32,000 nt of DNA. Origin: Delftia acidovorans NBRC 14950. Its GTDB lineage: Bacteria > Pseudomonadota > Gammaproteobacteria > Burkholderiales > Burkholderiaceae_C. Shown in pieces: positions 31,183 through 32,000 of this stretch. The position numbers and the translations under genes are program-made. The DNA lies in NCBI RefSeq assembly GCF_001598795.1, contig NZ_BCZP01000022.1, forward strand, positions 30,001 to 62,000, written 5' to 3'. Within the stretch, counting starts at the first letter, position 1; each line of letters opens with the position of its first letter. Below the pieces are notes generated by a model. It had not been told where the DNA came from. It did no database searches and saw only the letters and a list, made by a program, of their open reading frames with translations.

Positions 31183-31194
31183 ATTATTAATAAT
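31183..31194. promoter_or_regulatory. Perfect 12-bp AT palindrome inside an AT-rich island of the Bug/dehydratase divergent promoter region
   Basis: attattaataat is its own reverse complement. It is embedded in agatagattattaataatataggtgataacgacgataataatcc (about 31179-31222). A further ataataat half-site follows downstream. The island stands out against flanks of roughly 70% GC. Confidence 0.35.
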
Positions 31195-31304
31195 ATAGGT
31201 GATAACGACGATAATAATCCGCGGCATCCGCCGCTATCCTGCCCCTCGACAAGGCAGCGCCTGCCTTCCGACCCCGCCCAGACCCTCTGCAAAGCACCCC
31301 ACCC

Positions 31305-32000
31305 ATGACCGACCCCAAGACTCCCGATGGCGCTCCAGGCCATGACATCGCCCCCGCCGATGCGGCCACGGGCATCTCCAAGGGCCTGACCAACTACGGC
31401 GACCGGGGCTTTTCGCTGTTCCTGCGCAAGGCCTTCATCAAGGGCGCGGGCTATACGGACTCGGCGCTGCAGCGCCCCGTCATCGGCATTGCCAACACGG
31501 GCAGCAGCTACAACCCCTGCCACGGCAACGCGCCCCAGCTGATCGAGGCCGTCAAGCGCGGCGTCATGCTGGCAGGCGGCCTGCCCATGGACTTCCCCAC
31601 CATTTCGGTGCACGAAAGCTTCTCGGCGCCGACCAGCATGTACCTGCGCAACCTCATGTCCATGGACACCGAGGAGATGATCCGCGCCCAGCCCATGGAT
31701 GCCGTCGTGCTCATCGGCGGCTGCGACAAGACGGTGCCGGCCCAGTTGATGGGCGCGGCCTCGGCGGGCATCCCGGCCATCCAGCTGATCACCGGGTCGA
31801 TGCTCACCGGCTCGCACCGCAGCGAGCGCGTGGGCGCCTGCACCGATTGCCGCCGCTACTGGGGCAAGTTCCGCGCCGAAGAGATCGACGCCGAAGAGAT
31901 CGCCGACGTGAACAACCAGCTGGTGGCCAGCGTGGGCACCTGCTCGGTCATGGGCACGGCCAGCACCATGGCCTGCATTGCCGAGGCGCTGGGCATGACC
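31305..32000 (+). CDS. IlvD/Edd family dehydratase (sugar-acid / dihydroxy-acid dehydratase family); the 3' end is outside the window
   Basis: My translation from the ATG at 31305 is MTDPKTPDG...GLTNYGDRGFSLFLRKAFIKGAGYTDSALQRPVIGIANTGSSYNPCHGNAPQLIEAVKRGVMLAGGLPMDFPTISVHESF.APTSMYLRNLMSMDTEEMIRAQPMDAVVLIGGCDKTVPAQLMGAAS... This is the conserved IlvD/Edd N-terminal region, including the CDK motif. The ORF is open to the window end, so it is absent from the ORF track. Confidence 0.9.
   Translation, partial: MTDPKTPDGAPGHDIAPADAATGISKGLTNYGDRGFSLFLRKAFIKGAGYTDSALQRPVIGIANTGSSYNPCHGNAPQLIEAVKRGVMLAGGLPMDFPTISVHESFSAPTSMYLRNLMSMDTEEMIRAQPMDAVVLIGGCDKTVPAQLMGAASAGIPAIQLITGSMLTGSHRSERVGACTDCRRYWGKFRAEEIDAEEIADVNNQLVASVGTCSVMGTASTMACIAEALGMT

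Overview
High-GC segment, about 68-70% by hand count on sample lines. It looks like chromosomal DNA from a betaproteobacterium. Two Bug-family binding proteins, an IPTL-CTERM sorting signal and LysR/AraC-controlled uptake clusters suggest Burkholderiales/Comamonadaceae, but this is inference only. I call 28 protein-coding genes and no rRNA, tRNA, CRISPR array, integrase or transposase.

Gene order, left to right:
- (1) Three tandem phage-tail-collar (MdpB-like) paralogs, the first cut by the window edge. They sit directly upstream of a 1,421-aa secreted protein with nine IPT/TIG repeats, He_PIG and cadherin-like domains and an IPTL-CTERM anchor.
- (2) A small Oxidored-like CC-x2-GC-x2-C protein and a RidA-family gene.
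- (3) A 274-bp nested inverted-repeat, MITE-like element.
- (4) A three-gene ABC-2 (DUF990-type) transporter.
- (5) A KefB/C-like CPA2 antiporter, a VOC/glyoxalase protein and a TonB-C-domain-only periplasmic protein.
- (6) A translationally coupled pair: a FAN1-like VRR-NUC nuclease and a PD-(D/E)XK plus XPD/DinG FeS helicase. A canonical CTGT-N8-ACAG SOS box precedes the pair.
- (7) A LysR gene divergent from a porin / Bug binding protein / CocE-NonD hydrolase / SDR cluster.
- (8) Two AraC-type regulators upstream of an AhpD-like / acyl-CoA-dehydrogenase-like / NitT-TauT ABC transporter operon.
- (9) An Fsr-type MFS transporter, a second Bug protein and a 3'-truncated IlvD/Edd dehydratase.

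The parts most worth follow-up are the collar-triplet plus IPTL-CTERM giant adhesin module, the SOS-boxed two-nuclease/helicase operon, and the MITE-like element. The many long ORFs antisense to or out of frame with these genes are high-GC artefacts.
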